Part shown: piece after piece, positions 1 to 9,065 of the stretch
Numbering within the stretch: the stretch's first letter is position 1
Layout: each line of letters begins with the position of its first letter
Sequence record: NC_015251.1
Length of the DNA: 64,000 bases
Direction: 5' to 3' (one strand)
Notes under the pieces: model-generated
Seen by the model: only the letters and a program-made list of their open reading frames with translations
Databases searched by the model: none
Told to the model about the DNA's origin: nothing
Program-made: the position numbers and the translations under genes

Positions 1-11
1 AGGAAATTATT

Positions 12-386
12 ATGAATTTTAAACTTGACGACTCTAATCTTGTTATCAATCACCTTTTTCTCAACCAATCTCAAGAAATCCTAGAGAAAATCCGAGAAAC
101 CCGTAGTAAAGATGTAATTGATGAACCATTTAAACTTACCATCATGATCAATGGTGTTGAGATTGAACATGTAGATTCATATGAAAACTTTATGAAATAT
201 CAATATGAAGTTATGGAAAACCGACTTAAACAGGAATATAACGTTGATGCGTTTGATATGCGGGTGAGGGATGCTGCGGAAAAGATCATCAAGGATAAGT
301 TTGGTGATTTGATGGACAAGATGTATGATTTTGAACGTTCTGTTGATTTTGGAAACTCTGTAATAGAAACCGAATGGGGTATGTAA
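12..386 (+). CDS. hypothetical protein
   Basis: AGGA RBS upstream; co-oriented packed ORF; no family recognised. Confidence 0.75.
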   Translation: MNFKLDDSNLVINHLFLNQSQEILEKIRETRSKDVIDEPFKLTIMINGVEIEHVDSYENFMKYQYEVMENRLKQEYNVDAFDMRVRDAAEKIIKDKFGDLMDKMYDFERSVDFGNSVIETEWGM

Positions 387-387
387 T

Positions 388-636
388 ATGAAACTTGATT
401 CTGGATTTTTCGAAAAAGTAAAGTACACAAACCGTTATGATGTTAAACATTTTCGTACATTTGATAATGAAGTGTTGTACGTTTGGGAAAAACATTCTAC
501 CAATGAAGATCCGGTAATTGAGTTGGTTATGGTTGATGATGAAGTCTTTATGACCGGTAGATATTTTGACCAATACGATTATGATGATTTTATCTATAAT
601 ATAGAAAAAGATTGCATTCCTGACCCATTCTGGTAA
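388..636 (+). CDS. hypothetical protein
   Basis: Starts 1 nt after upstream stop. Confidence 0.7.
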   Translation: MKLDSGFFEKVKYTNRYDVKHFRTFDNEVLYVWEKHSTNEDPVIELVMVDDEVFMTGRYFDQYDYDDFIYNIEKDCIPDPFW

Positions 637-639
637 TAT
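612..639 (+). promoter_or_regulatory. putative early promoter
   Basis: TTGCAT-16 bp-TAATAT with TGG before -10; same layout as 37509/37959 cassettes. Confidence 0.5.
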
Positions 640-673
640 CTATCACGTAGACAACAAAACAGAGGAAGTAATC

Positions 674-1237
674 ATGAAAGTAGGCTCAATGGTTCAGATC
701 AACGTAAATAACTTTACTGGTGAAAATGACCACGAAAATCCGTTTGGTATTGTCGGTGAGGTTATCGATCATAGTCCTGAAATCTGGACAAAAGTTGAAT
801 GGCCTAATGGTGTCATAAGTTATTACGATGAGGATGAACTGATTTGTCTTGACTATCAGGAAGAAACCAAAATTCCAACAGTTGTTCAACCAGAAACCGG
901 ATTTAATCCAGTGTTTGTTGCTCGCGTCATTGCAAAAATTGACGAATATCATAAAACCTATCTGGTAGAACATCCACATGATTGGGATTGTTGTGGATTT
1001 GCTTCTGTATCCATTGAGTTTGGTCGCAAACGTAAGATGAAGGAACAGGTTCAAGCTCTTGGTTTTAATATCGCTTATAAAAGTGGAACCGATTCAATTA
1101 TGGATCCCACGTTTCGAATTCCCTCTTGTGGTCATCAGTCGTTGACTTACAAGGAAGAAATCACCAAGATTATTTGTGAAGAAATTAACAATGTAGTTGG
1201 TGAAAAAATTGCCCGTGTATCATCTTATATGGATTAA
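674..1237 (+). CDS. hypothetical protein
   Basis: GAGG RBS; 187 aa. Confidence 0.75.
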   Translation: MKVGSMVQINVNNFTGENDHENPFGIVGEVIDHSPEIWTKVEWPNGVISYYDEDELICLDYQEETKIPTVVQPETGFNPVFVARVIAKIDEYHKTYLVEHPHDWDCCGFASVSIEFGRKRKMKEQVQALGFNIAYKSGTDSIMDPTFRIPSCGHQSLTYKEEITKIICEEINNVVGEKIARVSSYMD

Positions 1238-1252
1238 AATGAGGAAAAATAA

Positions 1253-1834
1253 ATGAAAGTAGGTGTTTTTGTTTTTAAGAGTCCGTATTTCGTGGATAAA
1301 TTTATTAAGTCTGCGGAAAACCGAGATTTTATTTTGAATGTGTATATGAACCATGAAGCTGACGGTTCAATCGAACTACACGCTTCAACTACCGCGCTAA
1401 GGTATGCAGATCGAGATGGATACCTTAGTCGATTTATTGTAAATGGTGTAGAGAAGATTGACGAAATCAATTCAATTGATGTTTCTGATTTTGGTGAATA
1501 TTTCGAATGGGTCCGTGATTATGACGTGGAAGACCCAGAAGAAGATACCCCGATTGATGAAGATGTATTGTATTCTGCCATCATGAAGGATCTTTACGTT
1601 CCAGAACCGCAAAAAGAACCAGAAGATGATTTTACAAAAGATCTGTATGGTATGAGTATGTCTGGGGAATTGAAACTGACTGGGCTTCCTAAACCCGTTG
1701 AGCATATCAAAATTGATAATATTGAGATTCTTGATTTGGTATCAAATGTAATGGAAGGTGTTTCCAAATACGAAATGACTATTTCCAAAGACTCGGAAGG
1801 TAAACAATGTTTTCAACTGAAAATCGAATGGTAG
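1253..1834 (+). CDS. hypothetical acidic protein
   Basis: GAGGA RBS; 193 aa. Confidence 0.75.
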   Translation: MKVGVFVFKSPYFVDKFIKSAENRDFILNVYMNHEADGSIELHASTTALRYADRDGYLSRFIVNGVEKIDEINSIDVSDFGEYFEWVRDYDVEDPEEDTPIDEDVLYSAIMKDLYVPEPQKEPEDDFTKDLYGMSMSGELKLTGLPKPVEHIKIDNIEILDLVSNVMEGVSKYEMTISKDSEGKQCFQLKIEW

Positions 1835-2082
1835 TAGAAGGGCGGTATCAATTCCGCTCATTAGAATCTCGTCATGCATATAGAAATAGTTGTGAAAGCA
1901 ACCGTTTCAATTATGAGCTGATGAAAGATGGATTTCGTGTATTTCATACTGACGAAGATGATAACGTTATTGCGATCTGTTCCATTGATGATGTTCTTGG
2001 TGAAAGACCATATTATCGCAATGATGGAACGGTTTATATTAATAATGTTGAGAGTGTCCATTTTTATAGGATCCACGAATGA
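1807..2082 (+). CDS. hypothetical protein (start possibly 1828)
   Basis: Overlaps neighbours in operon style. Confidence 0.6.
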   Translation: MFSTENRMVVEGRYQFRSLESRHAYRNSCESNRFNYELMKDGFRVFHTDEDDNVIAICSIDDVLGERPYYRNDGTVYINNVESVHFYRIHE

Positions 2083-2351
2083 CAGTAAAAGACATTAAAT
2101 ACCTTGCTAGATCTTTTGGTACATCTGGGGAATTGATCCTGAATAATGCCAAATATCTAGGGTTTAATGATTGGGCATATGACTTTGTGACACTTGATGA
2201 ATCTAAAATTGAATTGGATACAAATATAGTTAAATTTTATTTTATATCTGGTTCAACTACGTATATCCATCCTGTGAATCTAACAACCTTGAATTATTCT
2301 CCCGATTGGGTTATCGGTGAGTTTTATAAGGAAATTTATTGTGAAAATTAA
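2079..2351 (+). CDS. hypothetical protein
   Basis: ATGA overlap with upstream ORF. Confidence 0.65.
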   Translation: MTVKDIKYLARSFGTSGELILNNAKYLGFNDWAYDFVTLDESKIELDTNIVKFYFISGSTTYIHPVNLTTLNYSPDWVIGEFYKEIYCEN

Positions 2352-2832
2352 ATATATTTCTGGGGATATGATCGATATGATGAAAGACCCAGAACAGCTT
2401 AAAATCCCTACGATCTTTGTACATGGATGTAATTGTCATCTTGCTATGAAATCCGGTATTGCAGGCGGAATATCTATTCATTTTCCAGAAGCGGTACAGG
2501 CTGATGAATGGTATTACAAGTATTTCAAAGATAATATGGATATGTTGGGGAATTATAGTTATATAAACCTCTCTGAGGGTGTAAGTGTAAGTAAACTATG
2601 CAACCTATACACGCAATACTTTCCGGGGGCGGATCTTCGTCTCGATGCACTTGAAGACACATTTAGAAACATCGCCGAAGATTATGGATATGAAGGATAT
2701 CGATTGGTATTCCCTAAAATAGGCGCGGGTGTAGCCGGTGGAGATTGGGAAGTTATCTCACGTATAATTGAAAATACAATTGATGATGGTGATTTTACCG
2801 AAATTATTTGTGTAGAATGGAATAAAAAATAA
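2341..2832 (+). CDS. macro domain (ADP-ribose binding/hydrolase, T4 Tk.4-like) protein
   Basis: IKYISGD, VHGCNC..MKSGIAGGI and FPKIGAGVAGGDW macro motifs; likely GTG start at 2341. Confidence 0.85.
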   Translation: MKIKYISGDMIDMMKDPEQLKIPTIFVHGCNCHLAMKSGIAGGISIHFPEAVQADEWYYKYFKDNMDMLGNYSYINLSEGVSVSKLCNLYTQYFPGADLRLDALEDTFRNIAEDYGYEGYRLVFPKIGAGVAGGDWEVISRIIENTIDDGDFTEIICVEWNKK

Positions 2833-2838
2833 TCTCCT

Positions 2839-2870
2839 AAGCCTCTCCCTAAATATGGGTGAGGCTTTTT
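2839..2870 (+). terminator. intrinsic terminator with late-promoter-like CCTAAATA in its loop
   Basis: AAGCCTC-T-CCC/GGG-T-GAGGCTT stem then T-tract; loop TAAATAT. Confidence 0.75.
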
Positions 2871-2888
2871 CGTTATGGGAGAATATAA

Positions 2889-3266
2889 ATGATAAAACTC
2901 AAAATATTTGCAGTTCTGGCGCTAATTGTTGCTATCGGCGGATCTGCTTGGTATATGACAAACAAGATAGAGTCGCAAGGGATCGTCATTGGTGAACTAA
3001 CCCAGACATTGGAAACAACCACAACCCGTTTAAACGCCCTAGAAACGAGTATAAGCGATTTCAAATTACAGTCTGGTGAGTATAGCAAGATTGAACAGGA
3101 ATCCAACAGAGAGCTTTCCAAGCGCATTAACACCCTTGAAGTTAATGCACGTAGAGGGCAGGTAGCTATAGATAAAAAGCCTAAGCTTGTAGAGAAGTTG
3201 ATCCAGAAAGACTATACAGAATTCAGCAAAAGAATGGATTGTATTACCATGGGGGAATGTAAATGA
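2889..3266 (+). CDS. Rz: inner-membrane spanin (Rz/PseT.3-like)
   Basis: N-terminal TM helix plus coiled coil; 4-nt overlap with downstream lipoprotein gene. Confidence 0.8.
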   Translation: MIKLKIFAVLALIVAIGGSAWYMTNKIESQGIVIGELTQTLETTTTRLNALETSISDFKLQSGEYSKIEQESNRELSKRINTLEVNARRGQVAIDKKPKLVEKLIQKDYTEFSKRMDCITMGECK

Positions 3267-3559
3267 GAATTTTCCTTATTTGTTTGATGGTGTGTGTATT
3301 GGTGGCATGTTCTTCAAAGCCGATACCAGAAACTAAATTAACATTTCATCCAAATCGACCGGTGGCGGTTAAAACGTATGTTCCTAAATGGACTGTTGTC
3401 AAAGAGGGTGATACGACATTTGTTGGTATGACTTACGAAGAAAGTCTAAGATATAGAGCATGGTTGGAAAAGATTGGAGTTTACATAGACTCTCAAAATC
3501 GAATGTTATGTAGTTATAGAAAAGAATTAAAAGAACCGCAATGTATAAAGGCTCCTTAA
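3263..3559 (+). CDS. Rz1: outer-membrane spanin lipoprotein (Rz1/PseT.2-like)
   Basis: Lipobox LVAC; Pro-rich segment; follows i-spanin. Confidence 0.8.
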   Translation: MRIFLICLMVCVLVACSSKPIPETKLTFHPNRPVAVKTYVPKWTVVKEGDTTFVGMTYEESLRYRAWLEKIGVYIDSQNRMLCSYRKELKEPQCIKAP

Positions 3560-3572
3560 TGGAGCCTTTTTT
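3548..3572 (+). terminator. intrinsic terminator
   Basis: AAGGCTCC-TTAAT-GGAGCCTT then T-tract. Confidence 0.8.
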
Positions 3573-3576
3573 AATA

Positions 3577-3584
3577 CCTAAATA
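3577..3584 (+). promoter_or_regulatory. putative late promoter CCTAAATA
   Basis: T4 TATAAATA-like motif upstream of the tail fibre; same 8-mer at 2848 and 55298 (minus). Confidence 0.6.
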
Positions 3585-3622
3585 ATAAGGTAATAACAAA
3601 ACAATTTTTCGAGGAAACGAAG

Positions 3623-6600
3623 ATGGCAGAATTGAAGAGTTCATCTACTGCTGGGGGTAGTCTTGTTTGGACACAAACAAACTTACCGGTATCCCCTCAA
3701 GATGGGAAAATATTCTACAAGGATATGGAGTTGGTAGATAGCAAAAATAATCAGACTATCGCCGGAAAAAAAGATTTTACTACAGGGGCTACTGTTCCTA
3801 CTCCTGTATTAGCTAATGACGCTACAAATAAATCATATGTGGATGGTAAGGATTCCACATCAGTTAAATCCGTTCGCGGAACCGCCCCTATTAGAGTAAC
3901 TACAGGAGTTAACCCGACTGTATCTATTGATGCAGCAACCCCAACGGCTTCTGGTTCTATGAGCGCGGGTGATAAAGCTAAATTAGACAATCATCCATTT
4001 AACGTAGTTAATAAAGATGGAGATACAGTAAACGGTAATTTGGCTACTACCGGCAATTTCTCTGCACAAGGGAAGATTACCTCAACTGCTAACGCCGGTA
4101 TTGAAAATATGGACGATGTATATGCACAACGCATGGTATTATCTGGTTCACAAGGATATTTTCAAGCTGGTAAAAAAGATAGAGATGTTAACGACCAAAA
4201 GATGGTATTTTCTGGCTGGTTTGGTACACCACTATCACAATATAGAATCAGTATGGCTACTGGGATTCAACCCCAAGTTCTTCAGGGCGGTGTAAACTAT
4301 GATATTCTTCATCGTGGGAATATGCCAACTCCTGAAGATATTAAAGCAATGGCTATTTATGATCGCCCAACTGGTGATGATTGTAATAACGCAATATTAC
4401 CCGGTAACTATGGTATCTTTGCTAATACAGCAAACACTCCTTTCGGGATAGGACCTAGCGGTTCTACTCTGCTTGTAACTCGTTGGGGAAATGGCGCTAA
4501 CTCTCAGATATTCTTTCCATACGGATCGGATAGAGTGTTTGTTCGTCGTCAACATATTAGTGTTTGGCAGCCTTGGTTTGAGTTGTATTCAACTTCTAAC
4601 AAGCAACCTGTTGGTGGTATGGGTCTTGGTGTTGGTGATGCACCGAACGCTCTGACAATCACAGGTAACGTTCGTGATTTCAACTTGGCTAAGATTAACG
4701 GTACTTTTACTATTGAAGGTTCCTGGGCAAATGGAGTTAATAACACTGCTAACGCTGAGGGTCATGCAGGTATATTGCAAATATCTCAACGTTCTATTGA
4801 TAATCTAACAGTTCAAAAATATACGACTTGGTTAACAGGTCAAGGTGTAAATCACCATAGAGAGTTTACCCGTATATGGATTAATGATACTGAGGGTTGG
4901 AATAACTGGTTACCTTCCGGTACTTGGGAATCTGTGAACACATACAGAACTGGGATACTTCGTCTTAATAACCAAACTAATGATGACTCTGTATACCCTT
5001 ATGTGTCTTATACCAAAGAGAAGTATCGCGATACTATCGCTCCGGGGACTTATTATACCGTAGGTGAAATATCATTCCGTGCAGGATCTTCTAATAGATA
5101 CGATCCGCACTCAGGGGATCAATTATCCAGAATATTGGGAATGGTAACGAATACCGCCACGGCTGGGGAATATGATGGATCCTTGTTCTTAGCTTCCAGA
5201 CTTCGTAGAACTGATGGAACCGTTGCAGATAGTTCTACTCTTGCTATTAACCGAGACTTGGGTGTTGAATTTACTCATGCTGCCAAAAAAGTACAGATTA
5301 ATACTGGTAGAGTTACTGCTGATGAATTTTTCCAAAATACCGCACAAAGTAGTTTGGCAAACAGTTCAACCCGTAAAGATTATGTAGATGCAGAAGTAGC
5401 GACTAAGGTTTCTAAGGCTGGTGATACCATGACAGGATCCCTAACCTTACCTACTGCAAAACCCCTTTACTTTGGTGCTGGTAATAATACTTATCTAACC
5501 CGCTCAGGTGACGATCTGTTTGTTGCTGCAATTGCGGGTACAACCGGTAAAGTCGTTATAGAGGGTAAAGTTAATCCACAAGTTCGTATAGGTACTTCCA
5601 ATTATAATATATACCATGCTGGTAATAAACCAACTTCAACTGAATTGGGTGTAGTTAATATTGCTGGTGATGTTATGACTGGTAACCTTATTGTGGATGT
5701 AGGAACTACTGCTGAACCACAAGTGGGTGTTAGAAGATCTGGACGTAGATTATATATGGCTGATAACGGAGTTACCGTAGGCTTGTATAATATAATTGGC
5801 GGATCGTTCATAAATACCTTTATGATTTCCCGAAACATAAATGATGGTAATATTACTGTGGGTTCTGACAGTAATAACACAATTATTCGTGGTGCTGGTA
5901 ATCTTAAACATGGTACTGCGGATATATATACAACCTCTAATAAGCCATCTCCTGCTGATATTGGTACTCTAACAACCGCCCAAATAAATGCGGAATTAGC
6001 AAAGCAAGTTAGTAAAACTGGCGATACCATGAGTGGGGCATTAACTACTACTCAAGTAAATGCAACTAATAACTATGCGTTTGTATCAAGTATAGCACAA
6101 ACCCACGGTATGTATCTTGGTAATACTGCTTCCGATAAGAGATTGATTCTTGGTGGTGGTAATCCAACTATTGGTGCGGTTCATATTCGTCCACACGGTA
6201 TAGGTGTTGAAACTAGTCAAACCATATTCAATACTGACGGAACAATTACCAACGGTGCAACTCCAACAGAACCCGGTCATTTGACTAATAAGGTTTATGT
6301 GGATGGTCAAATATCGCAACAGGTATCTAAATCTGGCGATACCATGACTGGTCAACTGTTAATACAAACTGCAAATAATGCACCAATACAGTTGAAGAGT
6401 ACCACTGCTGGGGTTGTTACACCTCAATATATAGTAGCTAACGACTCTACTGGTGCGCAACGTTGGTATATAGGACAAGCTAGTGCGAATTCCCCTGATG
6501 TACTTTTGTATAGCACCGGAAACGGAACTTACCTTCGTCTTGAATCAAACCAAGTATCATTCAACAAAAACCCAATATCAACAGCGTTACAGGGTACTGC

Positions 6601-7483
6601 TGCCGGTTCTCTGGTTCGCCGAGATTTTCTTGAGAGTTCATTGTCGATTCAAACGCCGAATAATGCTATCAAAATTCCTGTTGCCAACTTAAATGACTAT
6701 CAAACACCCGGATATTACTATCAGGATTCCAACGCAAATGCGGTTTCTGGAAGTAACTACCCAACACCTCAAGCCGGTGCTTTGGTAGTTACTAAAGCGG
6801 CTGGTGTAATCCAAGAATATACTATTTACGGAACCGGTGCTCGTTATGTTCGAGCGTTTTATACCAACGTTTGGTCATCATGGGCACTCGTATATGATTC
6901 AACTCGTCCACCCGGAGCTACGGCGGTAGGAGCACTTCCGATAGCCGGTGGTACTCTAACTGGCGGTTATTTGCAAATACGGGGTAGTTCAAACCCTATG
7001 CTGGAATTACACCAGCCGGGTCAAGCTGCCGCTGTGATGTATTTGACACCAACCGGTCAATTTAGACTGGGTTCAGGAAACGGGGCGGGTGGTGAAACTA
7101 ATGTTCGTATGACTGTTGAGCCAAACGGTAATGTGTATTCCGCTGGGTCTATAACAAGTGCGGGATATATGTTAGAAGGTGGTGCTCGTGTTTATTCTCC
7201 GAATAACCCACAACCGAGTCTAACACCAACCCAAATCGGTAACGCTTTGGCGAGTATGTCTTATGACGCGGTTGGTCAATATGCAATGCTCTTGCTGTAT
7301 GTTGATAAAGGTAATTGGTTGGTTCCCGGTACTGTGGTTCCCGGTTCACAACTACGTTATTCAACTGCGGAAGGTAAAGATCCGGGCGGCGCACCTCCGG
7401 GAAACTGGAGACTGCATGGACGTACAAATCAGGGCGGTCAATGGGGTGGTCGGAACGTTTCTTTGTGGCAACGTGTTAGCTAA
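3623..7483 (+). CDS. long tail fibre, distal subunit (gp36/gp37-like)
   Basis: N-terminus MAELKSSSTAGGSLVW resembles T4 gp36 MADLKVGSTTGGSVIW; repeated VSKxGDTMTG motifs; knob-type modules (xNxxxxPGxY). Confidence 0.9.
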   Translation: MAELKSSSTAGGSLVWTQTNLPVSPQDGKIFYKDMELVDSKNNQTIAGKKDFTTGATVPTPVLANDATNKSYVDGKDSTSVKSVRGTAPIRVTTGVNPTVSIDAATPTASGSMSAGDKAKLDNHPFNVVNKDGDTVNGNLATTGNFSAQGKITSTANAGIENMDDVYAQRMVLSGSQGYFQAGKKDRDVNDQKMVFSGWFGTPLSQYRISMATGIQPQVLQGGVNYDILHRGNMPTPEDIKAMAIYDRPTGDDCNNAILPGNYGIFANTANTPFGIGPSGSTLLVTRWGNGANSQIFFPYGSDRVFVRRQHISVWQPWFELYSTSNKQPVGGMGLGVGDAPNALTITGNVRDFNLAKINGTFTIEGSWANGVNNTANAEGHAGILQISQRSIDNLTVQKYTTWLTGQGVNHHREFTRIWINDTEGWNNWLPSGTWESVNTYRTGILRLNNQTNDDSVYPYVSYTKEKYRDTIAPGTYYTVGEISFRAGSSNRYDPHSGDQLSRILGMVTNTATAGEYDGSLFLASRLRRTDGTVADSSTLAINRDLGVEFTHAAKKVQINTGRVTADEFFQNTAQSSLANSSTRKDYVDAEVATKVSKAGDTMTGSLTLPTAKPLYFGAGNNTYLTRSGDDLFVAAIAGTTGKVVIEGKVNPQVRIGTSNYNIYHAGNKPTSTELGVVNIAGDVMTGNLIVDVGTTAEPQVGVRRSGRRLYMADNGVTVGLYNIIGGSFINTFMISRNINDGNITVGSDSNNTIIRGAGNLKHGTADIYTTSNKPSPADIGTLTTAQINAELAKQVSKTGDTMSGALTTTQVNATNNYAFVSSIAQTHGMYLGNTASDKRLILGGGNPTIGAVHIRPHGIGVETSQTIFNTDGTITNGATPTEPGHLTNKVYVDGQISQQVSKSGDTMTGQLLIQTANNAPIQLKSTTAGVVTPQYIVANDSTGAQRWYIGQASANSPDVLLYSTGNGTYLRLESNQVSFNKNPISTALQGTAAGSLVRRDFLESSLSIQTPNNAIKIPVANLNDYQTPGYYYQDSNANAVSGSNYPTPQAGALVVTKAAGVIQEYTIYGTGARYVRAFYTNVWSSWALVYDSTRPPGATAVGALPIAGGTLTGGYLQIRGSSNPMLELHQPGQAAAVMYLTPTGQFRLGSGNGAGGETNVRMTVEPNGNVYSAGSITSAGYMLEGGARVYSPNNPQPSLTPTQIGNALASMSYDAVGQYAMLLLYVDKGNWLVPGTVVPGSQLRYSTAEGKDPGGAPPGNWRLHGRTNQGGQWGGRNVSLWQRVS

Positions 7484-7524
7484 TAAATGGGGCTTAATGC
7501 CCCATTATAATTATAGAGGTTTAT

Positions 7525-8025
7525 ATGTTAGAAAAAATGTTGAAATTCGATGAAGGATCTAAATTAACCGTATATTGGGATACTGAAGGGTATCCAACTA
7601 TAGGAATTGGGCATCTTATATTGAAATTAAAAACGAAAGATATGGGAACCATAAATCGGGAACTTAGTTCCCATGTTGGTAGAACTATAATGAACGGTAC
7701 TATAACCGATTCAGAGCAGAGTATGTTATTTGCTAAGGATTTGGATACGGTACGAGCTTCTATGAAGCGATACGAAGATCTGTGGGGTACTTATGTTGGT
7801 TTAGATGAGGTTCGTAAGACCGCACTCGAAAATATGGTATTCCAGATGGGAGCTAAAGGAGTAAATGGATTTCCTTCTATGTTGCGAGCCCTAAGAAATA
7901 AAGATTGGGCGGGTGCAAAGAAGCATGGTTTAGCTAGTGCTTGGGCAAAACAAACCCCAAATCGAGCTAAACGAGTTACTGATGTAATAGAGACAGGAAC
8001 CTATAAGGGTTATCCTTTCGCGTAA
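7525..8025 (+). CDS. T4-type lysozyme/endolysin (gp5-lysozyme-like)
   Basis: DEG..VYWDTEGYPTIGIGHLI with the Glu/Asp/Thr triad; ALENMVFQMG; WAKQTPNRAKRV. Confidence 0.92.
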   Translation: MLEKMLKFDEGSKLTVYWDTEGYPTIGIGHLILKLKTKDMGTINRELSSHVGRTIMNGTITDSEQSMLFAKDLDTVRASMKRYEDLWGTYVGLDEVRKTALENMVFQMGAKGVNGFPSMLRALRNKDWAGAKKHGLASAWAKQTPNRAKRVTDVIETGTYKGYPFA

Positions 8026-8028
8026 AAC

Positions 8029-8063
8029 AAAAAAGCCTACCCCGTTATGGAGTAGGCTTTTTT
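8029..8063. terminator. bidirectional intrinsic terminator
   Basis: AAAAAAGCCTAC...GTAGGCTTTTTT between convergent lysozyme and asiA. Confidence 0.85.
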
Positions 8064-8064
8064 G

Positions 8065-8358
8065 TTAACTTTCTAGTTCCAAATCTGGATGTTGGGATAT
8101 CATACAATCAATCATATCGTAAATTCGGCCAGCGTCAAATTCTTCGAATATCTCTTTAATTTGGGAAGGTTTAAGGCTTTTCACCATAACACGAAAGTTC
8201 TGAATAGTTAAAGGTTTTCCTGATGGGGTTGTAAATCCTGCCGTTGATAGGAAATCTATAAAACCTCGCTGAGTATCTAGAATGTCGTCTCTACCAAATT
8301 TGATTAGAATCGATGCAGTTGCCACAATATCTTTAAGGACTTCAATCTTATTGCTCAT
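8065..8358 (-). CDS. asiA: anti-sigma70 factor AsiA
   Basis: DIVATASILIKFGRDDILDTQRGFIDFL closely matches T4 AsiA EIITVASILIKFSREDIVENRANFIAFL. Confidence 0.9.
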   Translation of the reverse strand: MSNKIEVLKDIVATASILIKFGRDDILDTQRGFIDFLSTAGFTTPSGKPLTIQNFRVMVKSLKPSQIKEIFEEFDAGRIYDMIDCMISQHPDLELES

Positions 8359-8382
8359 AAAATTCTCTTATTATAATTTTTG

Positions 8383-8631
8383 TTATTCTTGAATTAGTTC
8401 TAAAACGTCATCCCATGTATTATCTTCATCTTTAGGAACTATCCCAAATCCCCATTCATCATGTTGTAATTTCATTCCATCCCAGAATAGATCTTTAGAC
8501 TGAAACTCACAAAGATCTCCTATAATTTCATAATTAGTACATTCTATAATATCACCAATTGAGTTTCCGCGATGGGATTTATCAAGTTCACCAATAATTT
8601 TATATTTACAGCCTATCATGGGATAGTTCAT
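8383..8631 (-). CDS. hypothetical protein
   Basis: Packed co-oriented ORF. Confidence 0.65.
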   Translation of the reverse strand: MNYPMIGCKYKIIGELDKSHRGNSIGDIIECTNYEIIGDLCEFQSKDLFWDGMKLQHDEWGFGIVPKDEDNTWDDVLELIQE

Positions 8632-8864
8632 AGTTTATATCCTTCATCACGTAGAGTGATTGTTGTTAGTTCACGGGCATCGCCCATAAATCGAATTGAT
8701 GTACCATCAGACAATTTCACCAGACTGATAATATTGTCGTTGAATTTATTATCTTGAAGAAAAGAGTCTACAGGGTGCATTGAGTAATCTTTAAGATTTA
8801 CCGTAACTTGACGACCATCACACACACCTTGAACGATACCGCCACCAAACAGAATCTGTTTCAT
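8628..8864 (-). CDS. hypothetical protein
   Basis: Start MKQIL abuts upstream small ORF stop. Confidence 0.65.
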   Translation of the reverse strand: MKQILFGGGIVQGVCDGRQVTVNLKDYSMHPVDSFLQDNKFNDNIISLVKLSDGTSIRFMGDARELTTITLRDEGYKL

Positions 8865-8865
8865 A

Positions 8866-8979
8866 TTAATAATCCTTTGGTTTGTTTTTGTGTTTATCAC
8901 CACGGATCCTCTTAGAGGATTCTTTCTTATCTTTCATCACACATGGGCGATTGAAATTATTCTTAGCTACCGGATTCAT
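8866..8979 (-). CDS. small basic protein MNPVAKNNFNRP (37 aa), not in ORF track
   Basis: AAGGAG RBS; NPVAK..FNR pattern recalled from phage small proteins; downstream of promoter 9032-9060. Confidence 0.7.
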   Translation of the reverse strand: MNPVAKNNFNRPCVMKDKKESSKRIRGDKHKNKPKDY

Positions 8980-9031
8980 GTTTATCTCCTTAGAAAATAA
9001 ATTGTGGGGATTTCTCCCCACCTACGAAACT

Positions 9032-9060
9032 ATTCTCTCATATTAACTTACATAATGCAA
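9032..9060 (-). promoter_or_regulatory. putative early promoter
   Basis: TTGCAT-17-GAGAAT with TG; GTGGGGA/TCCCCAC hairpin just downstream. Confidence 0.55.
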
Positions 9061-9065
9061 GTATC

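Noticed and set aside
3623-7483. Diversity-generating retroelement or invertible tail-fibre tip
   Set aside because: No reverse transcriptase, template/variable repeat pair, invertase or inverted crossover sites in the window.
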